This document shows, piece by piece, positions 24,654 to 33,668 of a stretch of 42,236 nt of DNA. Under the pieces are notes generated by a model that was given only the letters and a program-made list of their open reading frames with translations, made no database searches and was not told the origin of the DNA. This DNA comes from Gemmatimonadota bacterium (GTDB taxonomy: Bacteria; Gemmatimonadota; Gemmatimonadetes; Palauibacterales; Palauibacteraceae). The stretch's first letter is position 1, and each line of letters opens with the position of its first letter. The stretch is from NCBI GenBank assembly GCA_022360695.1, contig JAKSCH010000456.1, positions 1 through 42,236 of the forward strand. Direction: 5' to 3'. Both the position numbers and the translations under genes were made by a program.

Positions 24654-27146
24654 ATGAGAATCGCCGCCGCGGCGCTCGGCGCCGCCGGTCTTTCGCTCAG
24701 CTTGGTCCCCGGCACGGGTCCATCGGTACCTCCCAGCGCTCCGCAGCCGCTCGTGGCTCCCGCGATCGACACGTTGTCGGTCGAAGTGGGACGCGCGGTC
24801 GTGGCCGGGACCTGCACGCGGTGTCACAACGACCGACGTCTTCGCGGTAACCTGTCGCTCGAGACGTTCGACGTCGCCGCGCCCGAGGCGCAGTCCGACG
24901 TCGCCGAGCGGATGATCCGCAAGCTCCGCGCGGGGATGATGCCGCCCGCCGGCGTGCGTCGGCCCAGCGACGACAGCCTGACGACGCTCGCCGCCGTGCT
25001 GGAGACCCGTCTGGATGCGCAGACGACGCCCACACCGGGCCGCAGGACGTTTCAGCGTTTGAATCGAGCCGAGTACTCGCGGACGATCCGCGACTTGCTC
25101 GATCTCGACGTGGACGCCGGAGACTACCTCCCGCTCGATACGAAGAGCGCCAACTTCGACAACATCGCGGACGTCCAGCTCCTCTCGCCCACCTTGATGG
25201 ACGCGTATCTGCGGGCCGCGGGCGAGATCAGCCGCTTGGCGATCGGCGACCCGGAGGTCACGGCGAGCGAGGCGACGTACAAGGTCCCGCGGTGGACCTC
25301 GCAGGCCGACCACGTCGAAGGTGCGCCGTACGGTACGCGCGGGGGGACGGCCGTCCTGCACAACTTCCCGGCGGATGGCGAGTACGTCTTCCGCGTCTCG
25401 TTCCACCACGAGACGACGGGTGCCCTGTACGGCAACGGCAAGGGCACGCTCCACACGGCCGATGGTCCGGAGCAGGTCGAGATCTCGGTCGACGGCGAGC
25501 GCGTCGCGCTTCTCGACATCGATCGTTGGATGCACGTCTCGGATCCCGACGGCGTCAACCTTCGCACCGACCCGATCCGCGTGACCGCCGGGCCGCGCCG
25601 CGTCGCGGCGGCGTTCATCCGAACGTTCGAGGGGCCGTTGCAAGATCTGGTTTCGCCCCACGACTGGTCGATCGCCAGTACCAGCATCACGGACGCGTAC
25701 GGGTTCACCACGCTACCGCACCTCCGCGATCTCGCGATCACCGGACCGTACCATCCGACCGGCGTGTCGGAGACGCCGAGCCGCCGGGCCGTGTTCGCGT
25801 GCACCCCGGAGCGGCCGGCCGAGGAGACGCCCTGCGCCTCACGCATCCTCTCCCGTCTGGCGACACGCGCGTACCGGCGTCCCCTCACCGACGAGAACCT
25901 CGACGCGCTCATGGCGCTGTACCACGAGGGCGCCTCGACGGGAGGGTTCGAGGCCGGCGTCCGACTCGCGCTCGAAGGCATCCTCGCGAGCCCGCACTTC
26001 GTCTTCCGTTTCGAAGAGCCGACCGACGACGCGACGGGTGATGCGTACCGGATCGACGACTTCGATCTCGCGGCGCGGCTCTCGTTCTTCCTCTGGGCCG
26101 CGGGGCCGGACGACGAGTTGATGGAGGTCGCCGCGAGCGGGGAGCTCGGCGACCCCGAGGCGCTCGATCATCAGGTCCGCCGGATGCTCGACGATCCGAA
26201 GGCGGAGGCGCTCGCCACGCGCTTCGCCGCGCAGTGGTTCCGGCTCCAGGATCTCGAGAAGATCCACCCGGACGTGCGGCTGTACCCCGACTTCGATCAG
26301 CAGCTCAAGGAGGCGATGGCCCGCGAGACCGAGCTCTTCTTCTACTCGCTGGTCCGCGACGACGCGAGCGCCCTCGATCTGCTGACGGCCGACTACACGT
26401 ACGTCAACGAGCGCCTGGCTCGACACTATGGCATCGCGGACGTGGTCGGGACCGAGTTCCGACGGGTCCGGATCCCCGGCTCGGAGCGACGCGGTCTGCT
26501 GGGCCACGGGAGCGTGCTCACGTTGACGTCGCACGCGAGTCGGACGTCTCCCGTCCTGCGCGGGAAGTGGGTGATGGAAGTCCTCCTCGGGACTCCGCCC
26601 CCGCCTCCCCCACCCGACATCCCGGACCTCGAGGCGACCGAAGAAGCGGTGGACGGACGTCTGCTGTCGGTGCGGGAGCGGCTCGAGATGCACCGGTCCA
26701 GCCCCGCGTGCTCGTCGTGTCACCGCGTGATCGATCCCATCGGACTGGCGCTCGAGAACTTCGACGGGACCGGCGAGTGGCGGATCAACGACAACGACTC
26801 CGCGATCGATGCGGCGGGCGAGCTCTACGACGGCACGCCGATCGAGAGCGCCGCGGATCTCAGAGCCGCTCTGCTACGTCGTCCGACTCCGTTGATCCGG
26901 ACGTTCACGGAGAACCTGATGGCGTATGCGCTGGGGCGCCGACTCGAAGCGTACGACATGCCGACGGTGCGGAAGATCGCGCGCGACGCGGAAGCCGAGG
27001 GATATCGCATGTCGGCGTTCATCCACGGCGTCGTGCGCAGCCCGGCGTTCTCGATGAAGACGATCGACCCGGTCGTCGACGAGCAGGATGCGGGAGACGA
27101 AGCAGACGCCGAGGATGCGCGGCGCGGGCGTCACGAACGGCATTAG
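24654..27146 (+). CDS. DUF1592/DUF1595/DUF1587/DUF1588/DUF1585-type multi-domain protein with CxxCH motifs
   Basis: Signal peptide. CTRCHNDRRLRGNLSLE near the N-terminus. PHFVFRFE, FFLWAAGPDDEL, HYGI, LLGHGSVLTLTS and CSSCHRVIDPIGLALENFD match the Planctomycete-type family architecture. Confidence 0.9.
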   Translation: MRIAAAALGAAGLSLSLVPGTGPSVPPSAPQPLVAPAIDTLSVEVGRAVVAGTCTRCHNDRRLRGNLSLETFDVAAPEAQSDVAERMIRKLRAGMMPPAGVRRPSDDSLTTLAAVLETRLDAQTTPTPGRRTFQRLNRAEYSRTIRDLLDLDVDAGDYLPLDTKSANFDNIADVQLLSPTLMDAYLRAAGEISRLAIGDPEVTASEATYKVPRWTSQADHVEGAPYGTRGGTAVLHNFPADGEYVFRVSFHHETTGALYGNGKGTLHTADGPEQVEISVDGERVALLDIDRWMHVSDPDGVNLRTDPIRVTAGPRRVAAAFIRTFEGPLQDLVSPHDWSIASTSITDAYGFTTLPHLRDLAITGPYHPTGVSETPSRRAVFACTPERPAEETPCASRILSRLATRAYRRPLTDENLDALMALYHEGASTGGFEAGVRLALEGILASPHFVFRFEEPTDDATGDAYRIDDFDLAARLSFFLWAAGPDDELMEVAASGELGDPEALDHQVRRMLDDPKAEALATRFAAQWFRLQDLEKIHPDVRLYPDFDQQLKEAMARETELFFYSLVRDDASALDLLTADYTYVNERLARHYGIADVVGTEFRRVRIPGSERRGLLGHGSVLTLTSHASRTSPVLRGKWVMEVLLGTPPPPPPPDIPDLEATEEAVDGRLLSVRERLEMHRSSPACSSCHRVIDPIGLALENFDGTGEWRINDNDSAIDAAGELYDGTPIESAADLRAALLRRPTPLIRTFTENLMAYALGRRLEAYDMPTVRKIARDAEAEGYRMSAFIHGVVRSPAFSMKTIDPVVDEQDAGDEADAEDARRGRHERH

Positions 27147-27218
27147 GAGAGAGAGGCCCGTGTCGAGCCGGACGCGGGTCTCGGGGCGAGCCAACAGGCG
27201 GGACAGGGAGACGTAGCC

Positions 27219-28613
27219 ATGGAGCTCATCACCGGAAAGCACCTTTCGCGTCGCACCTTTCTGCGCGGCGTCGGAGCCACGGTGGCGTTACCCTTCCTCG
27301 ATGCGATGACCCCCGCCGGTCGGCTGTGGGCTCGCGACGTTTCCGATCCGACGCGGCTGGTGTGCATCGAGATGGTTCACGGTGCCGCGGGGAGCAGCGA
27401 GTTCGGAGCGGCGCAGCACTACTGGTCGCCCGCGACGGTCGGGCGTGACTTCGACCTGTCTCCGAGCGCGCTCCGCCCGCTCGAGCCGTACCGCGACTAT
27501 CTCACGATCATCAGCGATACGGACGTGCGTGGTGCGGAAGCCAAGAAGCCCAAGGAGATCGGCGGGGACCACTTTCGATCCAGCGCGACCTTCCTGACGC
27601 AGGCCCATCCCAAGCAGACCGAGAGCTCCGACGTCGAGGTGGGGACCTCGCTCGACCAGATCTACGCGCAGCGGTTCGGACAGGAGACGCCCATCCCGTC
27701 GATGCAGCTCTGCATCGAGAACGTCGATCAGGCCGGCGGCTGCGCCTACGGCTACGCGTGCGTGTACACCGACACGATCAGCTGGTCGTCGCCGACCGAG
27801 CCGCTCCCGATGATCCGCGATCCCCGCGTGGCGTTCGATCAGCTGTTCGGGGCCGGCGGGACCCCGGAAGCGCGCGCCGCGCGTCGCCAGTCCAGCGCCA
27901 GTATCCTCGACTTCATCACCGGAGAGGTCGCGCAGCTCAAGCGCGAGCTCGATCCCTCGGACCGGCGGCGCATGGACCGCTACCTCGAGAACATCCGCGA
28001 GATCGAGCGACGCATCGATCGCGTCGTGGAGCGGAACTCGAGCGGCGAGACGCGCGAGCTTCCCGGCGCGCCCGCGGGGGTGCCGGATTCGTTCGATGAG
28101 CACGTGAAGCTCATGTTCGATCTCCAGGCGCTGGCGTTCGAGTCCGACATGACGCGGGTGTTTTCCTTCAAGCTGGGACGCGATGCGTCGGGGCGCGTGT
28201 ACCCTGCGAGCGGCATCGACAAGGGCTTCCACCCCGCGTCGCACCACGGCGGGAACGAGCAGTACATCACGGACTTCGCGGAGATCAACCGATACCACGT
28301 CGGGATGATCCCGTATTTCCTCGAGCGTTTGAAGAGCTCGATGGAGGGCGACACCCACCTGCTCGACAAGACGATGATCATCTACGGGTCTCCGATGGGA
28401 GATCCCAACGTGCACAACCACAAACGGTGTCCCCTGTTCGTGGCCGGCGGCGCCAACGGGGCGATGGATGGAAACCTCCACGTGCGCGCGGCCCCCGGGA
28501 CCCCGATGGCGAACGTGATGCTGAGCCTGCTCCACCGGCTCGGCCTCGACGATCTCGAGACGTTCGGCGACAGCACCGCGCCGTTCGGATTCGACGTGGC
28601 GACCGACCAGTGA
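27219..28613 (+). CDS. DUF1552 domain protein with Tat-type leader
   Basis: LSRRTFLRGVGATVALPFLDAM leader. SLDQ, SWSSPT.PLP and HHGGN-type regions are typical of the DUF1552 partner of DUF1592. Confidence 0.9.
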   Translation: MELITGKHLSRRTFLRGVGATVALPFLDAMTPAGRLWARDVSDPTRLVCIEMVHGAAGSSEFGAAQHYWSPATVGRDFDLSPSALRPLEPYRDYLTIISDTDVRGAEAKKPKEIGGDHFRSSATFLTQAHPKQTESSDVEVGTSLDQIYAQRFGQETPIPSMQLCIENVDQAGGCAYGYACVYTDTISWSSPTEPLPMIRDPRVAFDQLFGAGGTPEARAARRQSSASILDFITGEVAQLKRELDPSDRRRMDRYLENIREIERRIDRVVERNSSGETRELPGAPAGVPDSFDEHVKLMFDLQALAFESDMTRVFSFKLGRDASGRVYPASGIDKGFHPASHHGGNEQYITDFAEINRYHVGMIPYFLERLKSSMEGDTHLLDKTMIIYGSPMGDPNVHNHKRCPLFVAGGANGAMDGNLHVRAAPGTPMANVMLSLLHRLGLDDLETFGDSTAPFGFDVATDQ

Positions 28614-30403
28614 TGCGGGTCGCGCTCGGGCGCTCGACGCCTCGACGCAGCACGATCGTGAGATCCGACATGGTGGGGATCCTCATCATGATCGCTCTGG
28701 TGCCGACCAGGCCGGACGCGCCGATCGCCGATGCCGCGATGCGTCGGGACGTCACGGCCGTCCGGGAGCTGATCGCGATCGGCGCGGATGTCGACGCGGC
28801 TCACGGCGATGGCATGACCGGGCTCCACTGGGCCGCCAAGCACGGAGACGTAGAGATCGCGCGCGCGCTCCTCGAGGCCGGCGCGCGCGTCGACGCCGGC
28901 ACCCGGATCGGCGGACATACGCCGCTGCACGTGGCGGCGCGCGTGGGCAGGGTCGACGTGGCCGCGGCATTGCTCGCCGCGGGGGCCGATCCGAACGACC
29001 TCACCGACACGGGTGCGTCTCCCTTGCACTTCGCGGCCAGCTCGGGGAGCGCACCGACCATCGCCGCGTTGCTCGAAGCCGGGGCGGATGCGGACGCCGC
29101 CGAGCCCGAGTGGGGCCAGACACCGCTCATGTTCGCGGCCGCATCCGGACGAGCGGCTGCGATCACCGCGCTCCTGGCCGGCGGGGCGGATCCGACTCTG
29201 CGCGCCAAGGTCCTCGACATCACGGCCCGCGACGCGTGGGATCGGGTGGATCGACGCGACCGCGAGGCCCGCGTCGCCGCCATACGAGCCGGGGAGCCGA
29301 TCCCGGCCGCGACAGCGAACGGACCCCCACCCGTACCGGGCGATCGGGACGCCGATCGACGCGAGACCGCCGAGGGCGTCGGCGAGCCCGAGGAACCCGC
29401 TTGCTCCGGTTGTCTGGGCAACTACGCGGATCTCGTCGGAACGCACGGCGGTCTGACGGCGCTCCTGCTGGCGGCGCGCGAGGGGAACGAGGCCGCGACG
29501 GAGGCGCTGCTCGAGGGCGGCGCGGACGTGAACGGGACGAGCGCTGCCGACGGCACTACGCCGCTCCTGATCGCGCTGATCAACGGGCACTTCGATCTCG
29601 GCATGCGGCTGCTCGCGGCCGGGGCCGACCCGAGCGCCGTGAGCACGGCCGGAGCCTCGCCCCTCTACGCGGCGCTCAACATGCGCTGGGCGCCCAAGTC
29701 GCGGCACCCGCAGCCGACCGATCACTTCCAACAGGAGACGTCGTACCTCGAGGTGATGCGCGCGTTGCTCGACGCGGGGGTCGATCCGAACCCGCGACTC
29801 GAGAAGTCGCTCTGGTTCACGACCTACAATCGGGATCTGTTCGGGGTGGACCGAACGGGGGCGACGCCCTTCTGGCGCGCCGCGCATGCGCTCGACATCG
29901 AGGCCATGAAGTTGCTCCTCGAATACGGAGCCGATCCCGATCTCCCGACGATCAAGGTGCCGTCGCGTCGCTATGGACGGGGAGGCGATCGCGTCGATCA
30001 TTCCGGTCTTCCTCCCGTCCCCGATGGAGGGCCCGGCGTGCACCCGATCCACGCGGCGGCCGGCGTGGGCTACGGACAGGGATTCGCCGGCAACTCGCAT
30101 ACGCACGTCCCGGACGGTTGGCTGCCCGCGACGAAGTTCCTGGTGGAGGAGCTGGGGGCGGATGTGAACGCGCGGGATCACGATGGCTATACGCCGGCCC
30201 ACCACGCCGCGGCGCGTGGAGACAACGAGATGCTTCGCTACCTCGTGGAGCGCGGCGCCGACGTCACTCTCGTGGCGCGGAACGGACAGACGACCGTGGA
30301 CATGGCCAACGGGCCCGTCCAGCGGATCCAGCCGTTCCCCGAGACGATTGCGCTGCTCGAGAGCCTCGGCGCCAAGAACAACCACAACTGCGTGTCCTGC
30401 TGA
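28613..30403 (+). CDS. ankyrin-repeat protein
   Basis: The ATG overlaps the DUF1552 stop (TGATG). There are many G.TPLH.AA..G....LL..GAD repeats. A short hydrophobic N-terminal segment, MVGILIMIALV, is present. Confidence 0.9.
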   Translation: MRVALGRSTPRRSTIVRSDMVGILIMIALVPTRPDAPIADAAMRRDVTAVRELIAIGADVDAAHGDGMTGLHWAAKHGDVEIARALLEAGARVDAGTRIGGHTPLHVAARVGRVDVAAALLAAGADPNDLTDTGASPLHFAASSGSAPTIAALLEAGADADAAEPEWGQTPLMFAAASGRAAAITALLAGGADPTLRAKVLDITARDAWDRVDRRDREARVAAIRAGEPIPAATANGPPPVPGDRDADRRETAEGVGEPEEPACSGCLGNYADLVGTHGGLTALLLAAREGNEAATEALLEGGADVNGTSAADGTTPLLIALINGHFDLGMRLLAAGADPSAVSTAGASPLYAALNMRWAPKSRHPQPTDHFQQETSYLEVMRALLDAGVDPNPRLEKSLWFTTYNRDLFGVDRTGATPFWRAAHALDIEAMKLLLEYGADPDLPTIKVPSRRYGRGGDRVDHSGLPPVPDGGPGVHPIHAAAGVGYGQGFAGNSHTHVPDGWLPATKFLVEELGADVNARDHDGYTPAHHAAARGDNEMLRYLVERGADVTLVARNGQTTVDMANGPVQRIQPFPETIALLESLGAKNNHNCVSC

Positions 30404-30529
30404 CACTTCCGGCACAGCCCGCCTTCCGGCGTTCCCTCCCGCTCGTGTTCCCGGCGGTTCTCCTCGTGTTGCCCCCGGGCGGGCGCGCGTCTTATGCGTA
30501 GGAGACCGACACGAGAAACGGAAGAACCG

Positions 30530-31261
30530 ATGCTCCGATTGAGAAAAGCCGGCGCGGCGCTCGGGCTGCTCGCCCTGGCCGGACTGATCGTCACCGTCGA
30601 CCTCAAGACCCCCTCCGGGCGCTGGGACAGCTTCGGGGTTTCGACGTGGCTGCTCCTGCTCCCGCTCGGGTTCGCGCTGTGCGGCGCGCTGCGCGAACGC
30701 GCGTGGGGACGCTGGCTGGGACTCGGCGCGGCGCTGGCCGTGCTGCCATGGGCGCTGATCCTCACCATCGTCCCGCTCGGCCTCCCGGTGCTGCCGTCCG
30801 CCATCGCGTTGGCCGCGGCGGTGCTGATCATGGTGAGCCTGCTCCCGCGCGGCTCGTCGCCGGGCGCTCCCTGGGAGCGATCGGCCGGCGACCCCAAGGA
30901 GCGGGCGCTCGTGGGAGCCACCATCGTATGCGGGATCGCGGCGCTCCCGATCCTCTTCCTGTTCGTCGGGCAAGGCGTCGGCCGGCCCCACGCGTCGGGC
31001 GTCCTCCCGGCGGGCCTGCTGATCATCCTGGCGGTCGGCGTGACGCTGCTCGCCCGGGGGAAAACGCTCGGTGTCCTGGTCATGGCCATCGGGGCGCTCG
31101 CTCTGGTGCCGGCAGGCGTCGCCTTCTTCACGGGAAGGAGCGTCCACCCGGGCGAAGCGATGCTTCTGGCACCCACGTTTCTCCCGGCCATCGCGCTCGG
31201 CTTGGGCTGCGCGCTCGTCTTCGCGCGCCCGATGTGGAGGTTCCTGCGCGACCCGATCTAG
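30530..31261 (+). CDS. polytopic integral membrane protein, unknown function
   Basis: About six hydrophobic segments rich in L/A/G/V. Coding-like composition is found only in this frame. Confidence 0.7.
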   Translation: MLRLRKAGAALGLLALAGLIVTVDLKTPSGRWDSFGVSTWLLLLPLGFALCGALRERAWGRWLGLGAALAVLPWALILTIVPLGLPVLPSAIALAAAVLIMVSLLPRGSSPGAPWERSAGDPKERALVGATIVCGIAALPILFLFVGQGVGRPHASGVLPAGLLIILAVGVTLLARGKTLGVLVMAIGALALVPAGVAFFTGRSVHPGEAMLLAPTFLPAIALGLGCALVFARPMWRFLRDPI

Positions 31262-31352
31262 TGTGGTGACTCGAAATCGGGTGAAATAGACTCCGAGTCC
31301 GTCGCGCCCATCGTTCGCGGCGGGTCACGCAATCGAGCTTCGAAGGTCCGTC

Positions 31353-32703
31353 GTGGCCGAGCCTCAGACGCTGTGGGAGCTGCTGGGGACGGGCGACCCG
31401 TCGTCGGTCGCCTTGTCGGCGCCCGATCGATCCGACCTGACGTACGACGGGTTGCGGCACGGCGTGCGGAACACGCTCGCCGCGCTCAACGACCGCGGGA
31501 TCGGACGGGACGACCGGGTCGCGATCGTCCTGCCCAACGGTCCGGAGATGGCCTCCGCCTTCGTCTCGATCGGCGCCGGCGCGACCACCGCGCCGCTCAA
31601 CCCGGCATACCGTCGACCCGAGTTCGAGTTCTATCTCGAAGATCTCGGGGCGAAGACGCTGGTCCTGGCGGAAGGTAGCGACAACCCCGCGCGGGACGCC
31701 GCGATCGCGCTCGACATCCCGATCTTGGAGCTACGATGCGGTGCGAACGACGGGGCCGGAAGCTTCACCCTCTCGGGAGACGGCCCCGGAGGGGATGCGT
31801 CGAACCGAGGGTGGGCGGACCCCGATGACATCGCGCTCATCCTCCATACGTCGGGCACGACGTCCCGCCCCAAGATCGTTCCACTGGCCCACAAAACGTC
31901 TGCGCGTCGGCGCGCAACATCCGGCGCACGCTCGCGCTGACGAACGACGACCGTTGTTTGAACGTCATGCCGTTGTTCCACATCCACGGCCTGATGGCCA
32001 CCACGCTCGCGCCGTTGGGTGCGGGCGGATCCATCTACTGCACGCCCGGCTTCAACGCGCTCAAGTTCTTCGGGTGGCTCGACGACGCCCGGCCGACCTA
32101 CTACACGGCGGTGCCGACCATGCACCAGGCGATTCTGGCGCGCGCGGGTCGAAACCGAGACACGATCGATCGCACGGACTTGCGCTTCATACGATCGTCG
32201 TCCGCCTCGCTTCCGCCTCAAGTCATGGCCGAGCTCGAAGGGACGTTCGACGCACCGGTCGTCGAGGCCTACGCGATGACGGAAGCGTCGCATCAGATGA
32301 CGTGCAACCCGCTGCCGCCCGGAGAACGAAAGCCGGGCACCGTCGGCCCGGCCGCCGGTCCGGAAGTCTCGATCATGGACGAGGTCGGGGCCCATCTGTC
32401 CGCCGGAGAGGTGGGCGAGATCGTCATCCGAGGACTCAACGTCACAGAGGGGTACGAGAAGAACCCGGGTGCGAACGCGGAGGCCTTCACGGACGGCTGG
32501 TTCCGGACGGGGGATCAAGGTCGGATGGACGACGACGGGTACGTCACGATCACGGGCCGACTGAAGGAGATCATCAACCGCGGCGGAGAGAAGATCTCTC
32601 CCCGCGAAGTGGACGAAGCGCTCATGGATCACCCGGCCGTCCAGCAGGTCGTCGCGTTCGCGGTCCCGCACGGCAAGCTCGGTGAAGACGTGGCGGCCGC
32701 GGT
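31353..32703 (+). pseudogene. AMP-forming acyl-CoA synthetase (AAE3/Pcs60-like), frameshifted and 3'-truncated
   Basis: [18 protein letters not shown] is in frame 0. The expected continuation [32 protein letters not shown] is in another frame, with the switch at the A4 run 31893-31896. Homology ends after GEDVAAAV (about 32700). The ORF then runs to 32851 through the antisense of the NRAMP-like gene. Confidence 0.8.
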
Positions 32704-33078
32704 CAGCCGACCCGCCTGGCCGATCGCGCACTGGATGAGCGTCGTGATCATCACGTACCACAGCGGCCACTTCCTCCAGGCCGTCGCGTACGCTTCGAGC
32801 AGGCTCTTTCCGGTCGCGTTCGTAAACCGGAAGGCCATCTCGAATCCGTAGTACTTGAAGACGTAGGCGACGGGGAAGCACCACAGGAGCGCGTAGGCGA
32901 ACCGTCCACCCGCGGTGGGCGCGTTGACGAGGTGGCTCGTCCCGATCCCGGTCATCATGAGGATCATGCCGGGGCCGAAGTGGGCGAGCAGATCACGGGG
33001 TCGCAGCGACGGGAGCTCGAGGTCGCCGAAGTCGACGTCCGCGACGCGGCTCGATGCGTGCTTTCCCGAATCGGACAC
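32692..33078 (-). pseudogene. NRAMP-family-like metal transporter, N-terminal fragment only
   Basis: GGGGAGA lies upstream of the GTG at 33078. LLAHFGPGMILMMTGIGTSHLV...[41 protein letters not shown] resembles the first two TM helices of NRAMP-like carriers. Only about 128 codons are present before the junction with the synthetase gene. Confidence 0.6.
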
Positions 33079-33089
33079 GCGTGTCTCCC

Positions 33090-33668
33090 CTACGGACTCG
33101 AGGGTGGAAGAGACGGGTGCGAAGGGTCGTCCAGCTCGGCGGCTCGTCGAAACTCGAGGTCGGCTCGCGTGAACTCCAGCTCGTTGACCAACACCTGCGC
33201 CGCCTTCCAGTTGCGGTTCTTCAGCCGGAGGCTGACGACGCCGCGCTTCGCGCCCGGAAGACCGTCGAGCGGCTTGAGGGTGCTGGTCTGGATCTGGATC
33301 TTCGGCCACCACAGACGTCGTTGGAGACGGACGCTCGCGATCTGGTCGAACGGGAGCACGATCTCGTGTCGTCCCAAGCTCTCGCTGTCGACGGCGTGCC
33401 CCACGTCTCCCCACGTCGTCGTCGACTGGACGATCTCGACCTCGAGAACGAGCCGCGGGGGCTCGAGTCTCAGGATGCCGTCGGCCCGCTCCTCCTCGGT
33501 GATCCACTCGACATCCGTCCACTCGGTGTCTTTCGACATCTTCGTCCAAACGGGCACGACATACGGTGGCGGCATGGGCTGAACATAGGGCCGGCGTTGA
33601 CGCCTGACACTCGGGCTCGTCATCGTCAGCGACGACTGCCGTTCGATCCGTTCCAAGAGGTTCGTCAT
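33090..33668 (-). CDS. hypothetical protein
   Basis: Balanced composition from the internal Met MTNLLERIERQ... The overlapping plus-strand ORFs are Arg-rich. Lies immediately upstream of the NRAMP-like fragment on the same strand. Confidence 0.6.
   Translation of the reverse strand: MTNLLERIERQSSLTMTSPSVRRQRRPYVQPMPPPYVVPVWTKMSKDTEWTDVEWITEEERADGILRLEPPRLVLEVEIVQSTTTWGDVGHAVDSESLGRHEIVLPFDQIASVRLQRRLWWPKIQIQTSTLKPLDGLPGAKRGVVSLRLKNRNWKAAQVLVNELEFTRADLEFRRAAELDDPSHPSLPPSSP

Noticed and set aside
28382-31147. 921-aa minus-strand ORF
   Set aside because: It is antisense to the ankyrin and membrane-protein genes. It is Arg-rich and low-complexity, has no motifs, and the sense-strand genes have clear repeats and motifs.
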